A DNA stretch of 63,841 bases, filler included, from Conidiobolus incongruus B7586 (Eukaryota): assembly GCA_000697335.1 (NCBI GenBank). It is 6 parts of 6 records of this genome, joined end to end, with 100 filler letters (N's around TTAATTAATTAA, not from the genome) between each part and the next. Parts side by side here need not be neighbours in the genome. Positions count along the whole stretch, not along the records: positions 45,586 to 54,723 come from JNEM01006096.1; positions 54,824 to 62,277 come from JNEM01006103.1; positions 62,378 to 63,841 come from JNEM01006126.1; 3 more parts are not named here. One strand, given 5' to 3'. Positions 52,787 through 63,841 of the stretch are shown here, piece by piece (position 1 is the stretch's first letter; every line of letters starts with the position of its first letter). Under the pieces are notes generated by a model. The model did no database searches and had not been told where the DNA came from. It worked only from the letters and a program-made list of their open reading frames with translations. Made by a program: the position numbers and the translations under genes.

Positions 52787-53539
52787 ATGATGTCTACTAT
52801 TTTACAAAACTTATTGAATTGGCTGAGGTCCCTCTTCTTCAAGGAGGAGATGGAACTCACTTTGGTGGGTTTGCAGAATTCCGGTAAAACTACTTTAGTT
52901 AACGTTATTGCTGTAAGTTTTATTAAAATTAAAGTGATTGAGTTACTAATGGAGGTTTTTAGAGTGGCCAATTTACAGAAGATATGATACCAACTGTTGG
53001 GTTTAATATGCGAAAAGTTACCAAGGGTAACGTTACTATGAAACTTTGGGATATTGGTGGTCAGCCTCGATTTCGTTCTATGTGGGCTAGATATTGTAGG
53101 GGAGTTAACGCTATTGTGTAAGTCTCTAAATCCATATTAATTTATCTTAGTTCTTCTTCTTATAATTATTTTAGATTTGTTATTGACGCCGCAGACCACG
53201 ATAAATTAGAAGCTGCACGCTCTGAATTACAAAATTTATTGGAGAAACCTCAACTCGCTAATATTCCAGTACTGGTACTTGGAAATAAGAATGACTTGCC
53301 TAAGGCTTTGTCTGTCGAGCAGTTAATAGATAAAATGTAAGTTTATTGAATTTTTTTTAAATTAGAAGATAATTACTTTAATATTTTTTTATTTTGTTTA
53401 TATACTAATATTTGTGTTTAGGCAATTAAAGTCAATTCACAACAGAGAAGTATCTTGTTATTCCATCTCGGCGAAAAACCAAGTGAATATCGATATGACC
53501 CTACAGTGGTTAATTAAGCACGCGGGCTCGGGACGCTAA
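52787..53539 (+). CDS. ARL8: Arf-like GTPase Arl8, 4 exons
   Basis: [72 protein letters not shown]..|..VLGNKNDL..|..[11 protein letters not shown]; stop 53537-53539. Confidence 0.95.
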
Positions 53540-54824
53540 TTTCCTACTTTCCTCCACCATTTCTCATTTGTACTTTATTACTCACCAGTATGTAGTAGTT
53601 TTTTAAATTACTGCCAATTAACATATATTATTATTCTCTATTTTCTTAACGCCACCACCTTCTATTTGGAATAAGCACTTATTCCAAACTCCTTTCACTT
53701 TATACTCTCACCTCCTCATATCCCCTTTCGCCGGTTAATTATTTCAAAACTCAAACAACACACTTTCACAGCCCCTTGCCCAATATCGCGCCTTCCGAGT
53801 ATTGTGACCACTCTTTTTAAGCTGCCCTTCCTATCCCCGGGCCAATCAGTCAGCCAGTTAGTCAACCAGACAGCCAATCAATCCAACCTTCATTTAGTTA
53901 ATTTTAGTTCTAGCAGTAACCAATGTAACAGTCCAAAGTGCCAATAATTATTGTATCCAACCAGAAGATTATAACTACCAGTACAAAATATTTCTCTTGA
54001 TTTCAGTCGACCACTCGGACAATAATAATTATTATTTCATCAATAATAATATTATTAAGATTTCCATTGACTTATATTTTTTTAATTAATCCTACCCACC
54101 CTCCTCTTACTAGTCAATAGTATCTTTGAGTTTTATTATTAATTTTTTGTGAATTTTTAATATTAAATTGATTCCAAAAATGAGCTTGAAAATTTTAGAT
54201 TATAATATAAAATCAATCAACATCAATTAATCTGTATCTATAAATATTCATCATTTTTATGACTATTTTATTATTATTATTAATCCTTCAATCATTCAAA
54301 ATATATCATAGTTTTTATAAAATTATTATTTGATCTCAATTTTAGTAATTATTTATTAGTTTTTAATTTCAATATATTAATACTATTTTAAGATATTATC
54401 TATGATATTTTTTTATTAATTTAAGTATTTTTTGTTGTTAATTAATATAAAAACACTTTTATTAATTCATTTAAAATTTCTAAAAATAGTAATTTACTTC
54501 TCTTTGTAATATTTTAAAATTTTTTTTCTCATTTCAATAAAAAAAAGATTATTTTTATTTTCATTAGAATAGTCACATTAATTTAAATATTTTTATACTT
54601 AATATTATTCTCTCAATTAAAATAATTATTAATTAATTATATTATTAAAATTATTATTAAATAAGTTTAATTTTATTAGTAAATAGATATTTTTTTGGAA
54701 AATTTTCTTATATATAATAAATANNNNNNNNNNNNNNNNNNNNNNNNNNNNNNNNNNNNNNNNNNNNTTAATTAATTAANNNNNNNNNNNNNNNNNNNNN
54801 NNNNNNNNNNNNNNNNNNNNNNNA

Positions 54825-57800
54825 GTGCGTGATATTGCTACTGTTTGTACAGCTGTTGCCTGTGGTGATCTTTCTCAAAAAGTGACTGTTTCTGTTCAGG
54901 GTGAAATTCTAGAACTGAAAGTAACCATCAATACCATGGTGGATCAACTCCGAACCTTTGCTGCTGAAGTAACACGTGTGGCTCGTGAAGTAGGTACAGA
55001 AGGTAAACTTGGTGCTCAAGCCGAAGTAGAAGGAGTTGGTGGAACATGGAAAATTTTAACAGATAGTGTAAACACTATGGCCTCTAATCTCACAGCTCAA
55101 GTCAGAGATATTGCAAATGTAAGTAAAGCAGTAGCCACGGGAGATCTTTCTAAAAAGATTACGGTGAATGTCAAAGGTGAAATCCTGGATTTGAAGAATA
55201 CTATTAATACGATGGTTGACCAATTAAGAACTTTTGCTACAGAAGTGACCAGAGTTTCTCTTGAAGTAGGAACAGAAGGAAAGCTCGGAGGTCAAGCTGT
55301 TGTTAAAGATGTTGGTGGTACATGGAAGGATCTTACAGATAATGTCAACTTGATGGCTGCTAATCTTACTGGGCAAGTACGTTCTATTGCTGAAGTCACA
55401 ACAGCTGTAGCAGATGGTGACTTGTCTAAAAAAATCACAGTCGATGTCAAAGGAGAAATTCATTTATTGAAAACTACCGTCAATTCTATGGTTGATCGAC
55501 TTAGGACATTTGCTGCTGAGGTTACTCGCGTTGCTCGCGAAGTTGGTACCGAGGGTAAATTAGGAGCTCAAGCTCAAGTTAAAGACGTTGGTGGTACTTG
55601 GAAAGAACTAACCGACAATGTCAACACTATGGCTGCTAATTTGACTGCTCAAGTCAGGGATATTGCAAATGTCAGTAAAGCAGTAGCTCGAGGCGACTTA
55701 TCCAAGAAGATCACCGTTGATGTCAAGGGCGAAATTTTGGAATTGAAGAACACAATCAATACCATGGTAGATCAATTGCGTACTTTTGCAACTGAAGTTA
55801 GTCGTGTATCCCTTGAAGTCGGAACCGAAGGCAAATTGGGCGGTCAAGCGGTGGTTAAAGACATTGGCGGAACTTGGAAAGATCTTACAGACAATGTAAA
55901 TATTATGGCTGCCAATCTTACGGGACAAGTACGTTCGATTGCTGCTGTAACTACCGCTGTTGCTTGTGGTGATTTGTCGCGCAAAATTACTGTTGATGTG
56001 AAAGGTGAAATTTTGGAACTCAAAAATACTGTCAATTCTATGGTAGACCAACTGCGTACATTTGCTGCTGAGGTTACACGCGTTGCTCGCAAAGTCGGAA
56101 CAGAGGGTAAACTTGGTGTACAAGCACATGTGAAAGACGTCGGTGGCACCTGGAAAGAATTAACTGACAATGTGAACACGATGGCTTCTAATCTTACTCT
56201 ACAGGTCCGTGACATTGCCAATGTATGTAAAGCTGTAGCATGTGGTGATTTATCTAAAAAGATTACCGTAAGCGTCGAAGGTGAAATTTTGGACCTTAAG
56301 AACACTATCAATACCATGGTCGACCAATTAAGAATGTTTGCTTCTGAAGTGACCAGAGTTGCTCGAGAGGTAGGAACAGAAGGTAAACTTGGCGTTCAAG
56401 CCCAAGTCACGGATGTAGGTGGTACTTGGAAGGAAATTACTTACAATGTAAATACTATGGCTGCCAATCTTACTTCACAAGTAAGAGCTTTTGCCCAAAT
56501 TTCTGCCGCTGCTACTGATGGTGATTTTACTCGCTTTATTACCGTTGAAGCTTCAGGTGAAATGGATTCGCTTAAAACTAAGATCAATCAAATGGTATAC
56601 AACTTGAGAGAAAGTATCCAAAAGAATACGATGGCTCGTGAAGCTGCTGAATTAGCCAATAGAGCTAAATCCGAATTCTTGGCCAATATGTCACACGAAA
56701 TTAGAACCCCAATGAATGGTATTATTGGAATGACCGCTTTAACGCTTGAAACTGAGTTAACAAGGCAACAAAGAGAAAATCTTATGATTGTATCAACCAT
56801 GGCTAACTCGCTTTTGACAATTATTGATGATATTTTGGATATTTCTAAGATTGAAGCCAACAAACTAGTGATGGAACAAATTCCTTTCTCATTGAGATCG
56901 TCAGTATTCAGTGTCTTGAAGACTTTGGCTGTTAAGGCCAATCAAAAGAAACTAGATCTAATATATAATTTCGAAGGCACCATTCCTGATCAACTAATTG
57001 GTGATCCTCTCAGATTAAGACAGGTTATTACCAATCTCATTGGTAACGCTGTGAAATTTACAACCAAGGGGCGTGTAATCTTAACCGCTCAGACCAAAGA
57101 ATTTATTGATGACGAAGTTGTGTTGTTATTCTGTGTTAGCGATACTGGTATTGGTATCGATGCAGAGAAGATTGATCTTATTTTCGATACCTTCCAACAA
57201 GCCGATGGTTCTACCACTCGTAAATATGGTGGTACAGGTTTAGGCTTATCAATTTCTAAACGACTGGTTGTTCTGATGGGTGGTGAACTTTGGGTACATA
57301 GTGTGTTTGGTGAAGGATCCCAGTTCTACTTCACCGTGAAATGTAAGATGTCAAACATCAGCTTGGAACAGGCTATGGCTCGTTTATCCCCCTATGCTAC
57401 ACATTGTGTCACCATTCTCAACTCTCAAAAGTCACCCGAAATGTATGACCTTACCAAAATGCTAGAAACTCTCAAACTTCAATATATTCTCGTTGAGACC
57501 GTTGAACAAGCTGGTGAAATCTCCTCTAGGGCAATTTCCAAGAGCACTCACCCTGATTTATTGATTTGCGATAACTTGGACGCAATTGAGAAATTACGAG
57601 AAGTTCCAAGCTTAAGATATGTTCCAATCGTTCTGATGGGTCATAACATGCCTGAACTTGTGATGAAAGTATCAATTGAATTGGGCATATCATCATACAT
57701 CAATCTACCTGCCTCCTTCTCTGACCTTGTCAACGCCCTTCACACTGCCATGGAAAATTATGCTGTCTTACCCGCAGATCCCTCTCGCACTCTTCGTACT

Positions 57801-58196
57801 CCTCTCCATATTCTTCTCGCTGAAGATAACATTGTCAATCAAAAACTAGCCGTAAGAATTTTAGAAAAATTCGGACATAAAACAACGATTGTGCCCAATG
57901 GTTTGCAAGCAGTTGAAGCTGTTAAGAACAACCATTATGATCTTGTTCTCATGGATGTCCAAATGCCGATCATGGGAGGTTGTGAAGCCACCCAGCATAT
58001 CCGAGAATGGGAAAGAGAACATGGCCACCACACACCTATTATTGCACTGACGGCCCATGCTATGATTGGTGATAGGAAGAAGTGTATTGAATCAGGTATG
58101 GATGACTATGTCAGCAAGCCACTACGATTCAACGAACTTCTCGCCGCAATTAACAAGTGTACAATGACCCAGCCCATATCGCTCATTAACGATTAA
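54825..58196 (+). CDS. NIK1: Group III hybrid histidine kinase (Nik1/Os-1 type), 5' truncated by gap
   Basis: At least six 92-aa HAMP repeats (EVGTEGKLG), [19 protein letters not shown]-box, N/G1/G2 boxes, C-terminal receiver ([22 protein letters not shown]). Confidence 0.95.
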   Translation: MRDIATVCTAVACGDLSQKVTVSVQGEILELKVTINTMVDQLRTFAAEVTRVAREVGTEGKLGAQAEVEGVGGTWKILTDSVNTMASNLTAQVRDIANVSKAVATGDLSKKITVNVKGEILDLKNTINTMVDQLRTFATEVTRVSLEVGTEGKLGGQAVVKDVGGTWKDLTDNVNLMAANLTGQVRSIAEVTTAVADGDLSKKITVDVKGEIHLLKTTVNSMVDRLRTFAAEVTRVAREVGTEGKLGAQAQVKDVGGTWKELTDNVNTMAANLTAQVRDIANVSKAVARGDLSKKITVDVKGEILELKNTINTMVDQLRTFATEVSRVSLEVGTEGKLGGQAVVKDIGGTWKDLTDNVNIMAANLTGQVRSIAAVTTAVACGDLSRKITVDVKGEILELKNTVNSMVDQLRTFAAEVTRVARKVGTEGKLGVQAHVKDVGGTWKELTDNVNTMASNLTLQVRDIANVCKAVACGDLSKKITVSVEGEILDLKNTINTMVDQLRMFASEVTRVAREVGTEGKLGVQAQVTDVGGTWKEITYNVNTMAANLTSQVRAFAQISAAATDGDFTRFITVEASGEMDSLKTKINQMVYNLRESIQKNTMAREAAELANRAKSEFLANMSHEIRTPMNGIIGMTALTLETELTRQQRENLMIVSTMANSLLTIIDDILDISKIEANKLVMEQIPFSLRSSVFSVLKTLAVKANQKKLDLIYNFEGTIPDQLIGDPLRLRQVITNLIGNAVKFTTKGRVILTAQTKEFIDDEVVLLFCVSDTGIGIDAEKIDLIFDTFQQADGSTTRKYGGTGLGLSISKRLVVLMGGELWVHSVFGEGSQFYFTVKCKMSNISLEQAMARLSPYATHCVTILNSQKSPEMYDLTKMLETLKLQYILVETVEQAGEISSRAISKSTHPDLLICDNLDAIEKLREVPSLRYVPIVLMGHNMPELVMKVSIELGISSYINLPASFSDLVNALHTAMENYAVLPADPSRTLRTPLHILLAEDNIVNQKLAVRILEKFGHKTTIVPNGLQAVEAVKNNHYDLVLMDVQMPIMGGCEATQHIREWEREHGHHTPIIALTAHAMIGDRKKCIESGMDDYVSKPLRFNELLAAINKCTMTQPISLIND

Positions 58197-58944
58197 CTAT
58201 AAACCCTATTTCTATTGCAGCTTGAATAATAGATACTATACACCATTTGGTTACCATTACACGGTTTCCCACCTTACCTAGCTATAAATTTTTACTCTTT
58301 TTTAACATTTTATTGGACCAGCTCCATCGAAACATATTGGATATATTGTGCATTTTATTTAAATTGATTTCCCAATAAATCATACAAATACAAGTTCTAG
58401 ATTTTGAATAGTTCAATTTGATACGATATAAGCATATAATAAGTTTTTATTTTCTTTATTCAAATTTTCTAAATAATAAAAACATTGCCTAAATTGAAGT
58501 ATTAATTGATTTTTTGATAGTATTGTATTCTTATTCAAATAATTAAAATAATAATATTCCAACTTGATCCCAGGTATTTGAAATTAAGGTAAAGTTTCAA
58601 GATATAAAATAATAATAATAAATATTGTTTATTTATATAAATATTTGACTAGGTTTGAATCAATTATTTTTATATTTTATTTATTAAGAAACAAAATATT
58701 ATTTTTGTTTTTTTGCCAAAATATTTTATCTAATTTTATAAACGTGATATGTCAGAAACAGTATATTAATGAAATTCATAAGCTATATAAATTATAATGT
58801 TGAGTAAAATTTTGATAAATTACTAATGTAATTGATTGTAAATGGAGTATATATATATATATATTAAAAAATTGATTGAAAATAAGTTCAATGAGAGAAA
58901 TATGAAAAATTAGATTGAAAAATAAAGAACATGGAAACTTTGGA

Positions 58945-59018
58945 CGCTCCCAGGTGGGCTTGAACCACCAACCTCCCGATTAACAGTCGGACGCGCTAGC
59001 CAATTGCGCCATGGAAGC
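58945..59018 (-). tRNA. tRNA-Asn(GTT)
   Basis: Reverse complement GCTTCCATGGCGCAATTGGCTAGCGCGTCCGACTGTTAATCGGGAGGTTGGTGGTTCAAGCCCACCTGGGAGCG folds to a cloverleaf with anticodon loop CTGTTAA. Confidence 0.96.
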
Positions 59019-61121
59019 TTAATTAAAGTATTAATAATACATTGTAATTCTCATATAATATTTTTCAATTTTTTCCATATCAATTGTATTTTCACACAAC
59101 CAAATTTTTAAACTTTATATTTTTAGTCTACTACCTTAACATTAGAACTTTTACTCTTTCAAATTTAATACCTTTGACATATTCATATTTTAATTTTTTC
59201 AACATTTCTATTCAGATTATTTTTGATAATATTTTAATTTTAAGCTTACTTTTAATATTTATGTTATACAACTAATATGAGTGATTGTAAAAAGTTCCTA
59301 TTTTTTCACAATGTTTTAAATTTAATAGATCAAAATAAAGAGTTAGGTTACCAATACTGATCATTAATAAACAAATATGTTGTTCATATAAGAATAAAAT
59401 TTTTAATTATATATTTTCACATTGTCACTGTTAATTTGTATACTATATATTAAAACTAAAAATTGAAAAATTAAAACCTTTATGATAATTTGATTCCTTC
59501 CAAAACATGGTAGTATCTTACTCAGAATCACACATATCTCAAATTAAAAATGATCATTTCCCTACTAAAATTATCAAATAATTACTTACATATTGTAGAT
59601 AATTATTTTTTATTCAAATAATTATCAAGTTTAATAAAAAATATAAGTTAGGGTATAAACCTTATAAAAAGGAATCATTATTAAAATTGATAATAAAAAA
59701 CTATCATTAATTAAAATAAATTTTTCTATTATCAGTATATTTATGAAAAGAGAGTAAACTCATCCATTGGAAGGAATCCTTTAGAAGGATACAAAATATT
59801 AGGCAGACAGCCAATAACATTAATAAAATTTAAAAGAAAGAGTAAAGTTGAGTAGTTTAAATATTTCAAACTTATTAAAAAGTAGCCTTTAATATGGAAT
59901 TCCTAGAATATCATAAGTTCTTGGGGCTAGGAGTTAAAGTATTCCCATCATTAACATTTTATCGACATAGGTTTAAAAATTATTGGATAAATCAAGTTTT
60001 TCACAATTAGGAAATTTCAATGATGAAATAAATATCAAAAGTGACTATAGAAATATATATTTAAACAATAATAAGAATTAGAATACCACTATATGAGAAT
60101 ATGTATTTAAAGTATGTTAAAATGACAAAGAAATGATAAGACACATTAATGATATTCAATTCAAAAAATTTAAGAGTATTCCTTTAATAAATCAATAGTT
60201 TTAAAATAAATATCCACGTTAACATCGTTCATATTTCGAATAATTCTACCATTTAATATTATAGTTCCCATATTAAAATGAATTACATTTATGTTTGAAA
60301 AAGGATGATTATTCTAAATTATAAATAAATTAATTATATATGTAATATTAAATTATTATAGCTTACCTGATAAATTTCAATTTCACCCAATATTTGATAT
60401 AAATCATTTAGTTTTAAAGGTAATTGGTTACAATATTTTAAGTTGACTATTAAATTTAAATTTTCTAAATTAATTACACCAATATGTGTTGAATAATCTA
60501 TTTCTTTTAATCTATGAAATATTAAATACTCAATAAATATAACTATAAATTATTGAATTACTTTCCAAGTATTCTAACCGATTTTTTAATATATTGGTTA
60601 GGATTTTCTTGAAGGTCTGTTAATTTTAAAAATTTATAGGGTTGAAACTCAATTTGGTTCATTTTTTATTAGTTAATATCAAAAAATACTTAAAACAATA
60701 CTGTTAAATTAAAAATATAAACGTATATTTAATTAATCAAATTATGGGATCTTGTTATAAAATTCAACTTTTAATAACTATAAACCCACAAATATTGGGC
60801 CTACTCAAATCTGTCCCACTTTTTCTAATTTTTGATTTGACCAATTTTTTCTAAAACTAAAATTAGTCACTCAGCCAAAAAAATTGAAAAAATTCGTCAA
60901 AAAAAAAATAGCTTACCAATTTTTTTGATTTATAAAACCAATTAGTTTTCTCCCATAAAATATAAAAATAAGGTTAAAGGTTTATCATTGCTATTTACAA
61001 CAGTGTGACTTTATTTTATATTAATCAAGTGATTTTTATTTTGTGCTGAATACCACATAAATTTATTAGCAAGAATATTGCTTTTAAGCTTTATCTTTTT
61101 TTTTCTCTTATATCATCTATT

Positions 61122-61673
61122 ATTAATACTAGTAACAATAATAAAAACTCCCTTGAACTATATTTGATAGAAGTTATATTTAGTTAGTTAAGGCAGGAGG
61201 AAATTTATGAATCATTAATACTAGTAACAATAATAAAAACTCCCTTGAACTATATTTGATAGAAGTTATATTTAGTTAGTTAAGGCAGGAGGAAATTTAT
61301 GAATCATTAATACTAGTAACAATAATAAAAACTCCCTTGAACTATATTTGATAGAAGTTATATTTAGTTAGTTAAGGCAGGAGGAAATTTATGAATCATT
61401 AATACTAGTAACAATAATAAAAACTCCCTTGAACTATATTTGATAGAAGTTATATTTAGTTAGTTAAGGCAGGAGGAAATTTATGAATCATTAATACTAG
61501 TAACAATAATAAAAACTCCCTTGAACTATATTTGATAGAAGTTATATTTAGTTAGTTAAGGCAGGAGGAAATTTATGAATCATTAATACTAGTAACAATA
61601 ATAAAAACTCCCTTGAACTATATTTGATAGAAGTTATATTTAGTTAGTTAAGGCAGGAGGAAATTTATGAATC
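61122..61673. repeat. Tandem array of six identical 92-bp units
   Basis: Unit ATTAATACTAGTAACAATAATAAAAACTCCCTTGAACT...GGCAGGAGGAAATTTATGAATC repeated 6 times head to tail with no spacers. Confidence 0.95.
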
Positions 61674-62399
61674 TTGGTGTTTTAACAAGTTAAATATTTT
61701 TTTCAAATATATATGATTGTATTTATTTTAGAAAAAGTAGATTATATAAAGTTGAGAAAAAAGCTTGATAAAATATTTAATAATATAAAAACTCTTATTC
61801 ATAAATTTAAAATTGTTGAATAAGTTTTAATAGGTAAATAATATAATAGAAATAACTTTTTGTTTATAATAGTTAATATTCTTATAATATAAGATAATTT
61901 AGTTTTTAAAGCTTTTAATATAACTTGTATAACCTTTTTATCATATAATTAATTTTATTATAAAAAATTAAATTTTTTAAATAATAAAGAATAAAGTAAT
62001 AATAGCTTTTATCTTTTATTGTCTTTTTTAAGTAAAAGCTTTAAAAGCATAAGAAACAATAAAAGAAAAAATAAGAATACTTAATTTTTTTTCTTGAGGT
62101 TATCAAAAAAAGTATACAAAAGCAAAATAATATTTTAAGATAGTAAATTAAACTATAATAACTATAAAAAAATAATATTTATAATTATTAGAATAATAAT
62201 AATTTTTAATAAAAAAACTTTTATAATTAATATAATAAAATTTTAAAAAAAGTTATTAGTTTATATAATTTTATTATNNNNNNNNNNNNNNNNNNNNNNN
62301 NNNNNNNNNNNNNNNNNNNNNTTAATTAATTAANNNNNNNNNNNNNNNNNNNNNNNNNNNNNNNNNNNNNNNNNNNNATTTATATTTTTATTAATAGAT

Positions 62400-63841
62400 T
62401 AATATTTAATAAAATAAACCTAAGTTAAATAATTAAAATCTATTATATTTATTAATTATATATATTATTAAATAATAATATTTAGCTATTAATTAATTAA
62501 AATATAAAACTTTAAATTTTACCTAGGGTGAGTTATAAATTTGTAGGTTTTTGATAATAAAAAAAAATTAAAATTTAATATATTTACCTTTATCTTTTCT
62601 AATTTTTTTAAATTTGTGAGGTATAAAAAAATTAATTTTTTATACTAAGAAAAGTTAATCTTATTTTATATTTCTTGAATATATTTTTAAAGTTGATTTA
62701 AATTTTTTACTAGGGTGAAAACTTTAATAGCTTTTTTTAACTAATCCCAAAAGTGTTTAATTAAATTAAAGTTAAAAAATTAAATAAGCTACTTTATAAT
62801 TGTTATCTTATTATTTTTAAGCTATTTGATAATAAAAGTTATAATATAATAAAAAGTATTATCTTATTAAGAAATAATATTAAAAATATTTAACTTATAT
62901 TATTCAATGGTTTTTTTTAATTTATTGTTTAAAATATTTTAATATATCTTAATATTAATTCCTTTATTAACTTTATATAGATACCTTATACCTAAAGATA
63001 ACATATATCCCTAAATAATAATTAACCTATTATTGTATTTTTAGGTAAAATTAACATAATAGTTATAAAGTAGTTTTACATCTTTTTTAAAATATCTAGC
63101 TTTTTTATTAAATTTACTAAAATATATTTTTGTTTTATTAAACTAAATAACCTTACTTTAATTAGTTTTAATTTAATATTAGTAGCAAAATTTAAACTCT
63201 TACCTAGCTTTATAATAAGATTTCTTTAGTTAGGGGTGTTTTTTCTTAAAGTGTAAGTGGTATTTATATTAATATAAAGTATATATAATAATATTAGTGT
63301 TAACTAATATTCTTGTATAGTTTTATAGTTCTTGTTATATTTTTACAATAATATTATATTTACCTGTATTAACCAACTTATAAATATACTTCTTATTATA
63401 TTTATTTATAATTTTAACACACTTAAGTTTAAGTTTAAATGTTTCTTTATTGTTATTCTTAACAACTTTAACTATAGTAAACTAGCTAACAATAATAATT
63501 CTAATAATATCACAAGTTAATTTACCTTTTTTATAAAGTTAATTAATACACAAGTAAATTTTTTTAGAGAGGAATTTAAGTATAATAATACTAATAAAAA
63601 AATTTAGTATATTTGTAAAATATTATATAAAATAATAACAAAAAAAAAGATATGTTTATATATTGTTAAATATATCTTTTTATCCTAAAAACCTGTAAAT
63701 ATAACTCATCTTAGTTAAATATTAAAGGTTAATATTTTTGCTAATAGCTTACTAAATATATCTCAATATATTTATTTATTATTAAATAATATACTTTAAT
63801 TATATATTATAGTTTCAAGTAATCTAATATATATAATTGTT
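62400..63841 (-). mobile_element. Hypermutated Tc1-like (DD34E) transposon with long inverted repeats; transposase relic about 62568-63583
   Basis: Minus strand reads GIRYLYKVNKGINIKIY*NIL..IIS**DNTFYY..K*LI*FFNFNLIKHFWD*LK..IPHKFKKIRKDKGKYIKF, matching Tc1 FQQDNxxxH..WPxQSPDLNPIEHxW..KGxxTKY after transitions. Inverted ends CTAGGGTGAGTTATAAATTTGTAGGTTTT (about 62523) and AAAACCTGTAAATATAACTCATCTTAG (about 63688). Confidence 0.8.

Noticed and set aside
53540..54120. C-rich block after ARL8 as a separate gene or ncRNA
   Set aside because: No ORF or fold recognised; most simply a long 3'UTR.
61122..61673. CRISPR-like array
   Set aside because: Units are fully identical with no unique spacers, there are no cas genes, and the context is eukaryotic.
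63332..63520. Short AT-rich ORFs (2982, 11533, 31082, 59084, 63332 etc.) as genes
   Set aside because: Ile/Phe/Asn/Lys-biased translations of non-coding or TE-relic DNA with non-ATG or unsupported starts.

Overview
Very AT-rich eukaryotic DNA with short GT-AG introns, from an early-diverging fungus. Zoopagomycota/Entomophthorales-like is an inference from the gene set and composition and is not proven. The window is six contigs joined by artificial 100-bp N/TTAATTAATTAA linkers, so adjacency across gaps is uncertain. Genes: proline dehydrogenase (missed by the ORF track), GCAT/Kbl, tRNA-His, ESS2, Ste50, Rrp6, an 8-intron mitochondrial Met-tRNA formyltransferase (also missed), a RING-less Snf2 helicase, an SreA/Urbs1 iron GATA factor, Uba4 (partial), an Ime2/MAK kinase, a secreted CAP protein, actin (partial), Sla2, Arl8, a group III HAMP histidine kinase (partial) and tRNA-Asn. 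The most striking signal is that every long transposon relic (a Ty3/Gypsy, three DD34D mariners, a Tc1) is colinear with its family consensus yet stripped of C and G by transitions on both strands. This is a RIP-like, repeat-targeted hypermutation pattern outside Dikarya, and a 320-bp solo LTR is spared. Also notable: animal-type DD34D mariners, a cluster of ATCWGATAA boxes upstream of sreA itself, a perfect 61-bp inverted repeat and a perfect 6x92-bp tandem array.
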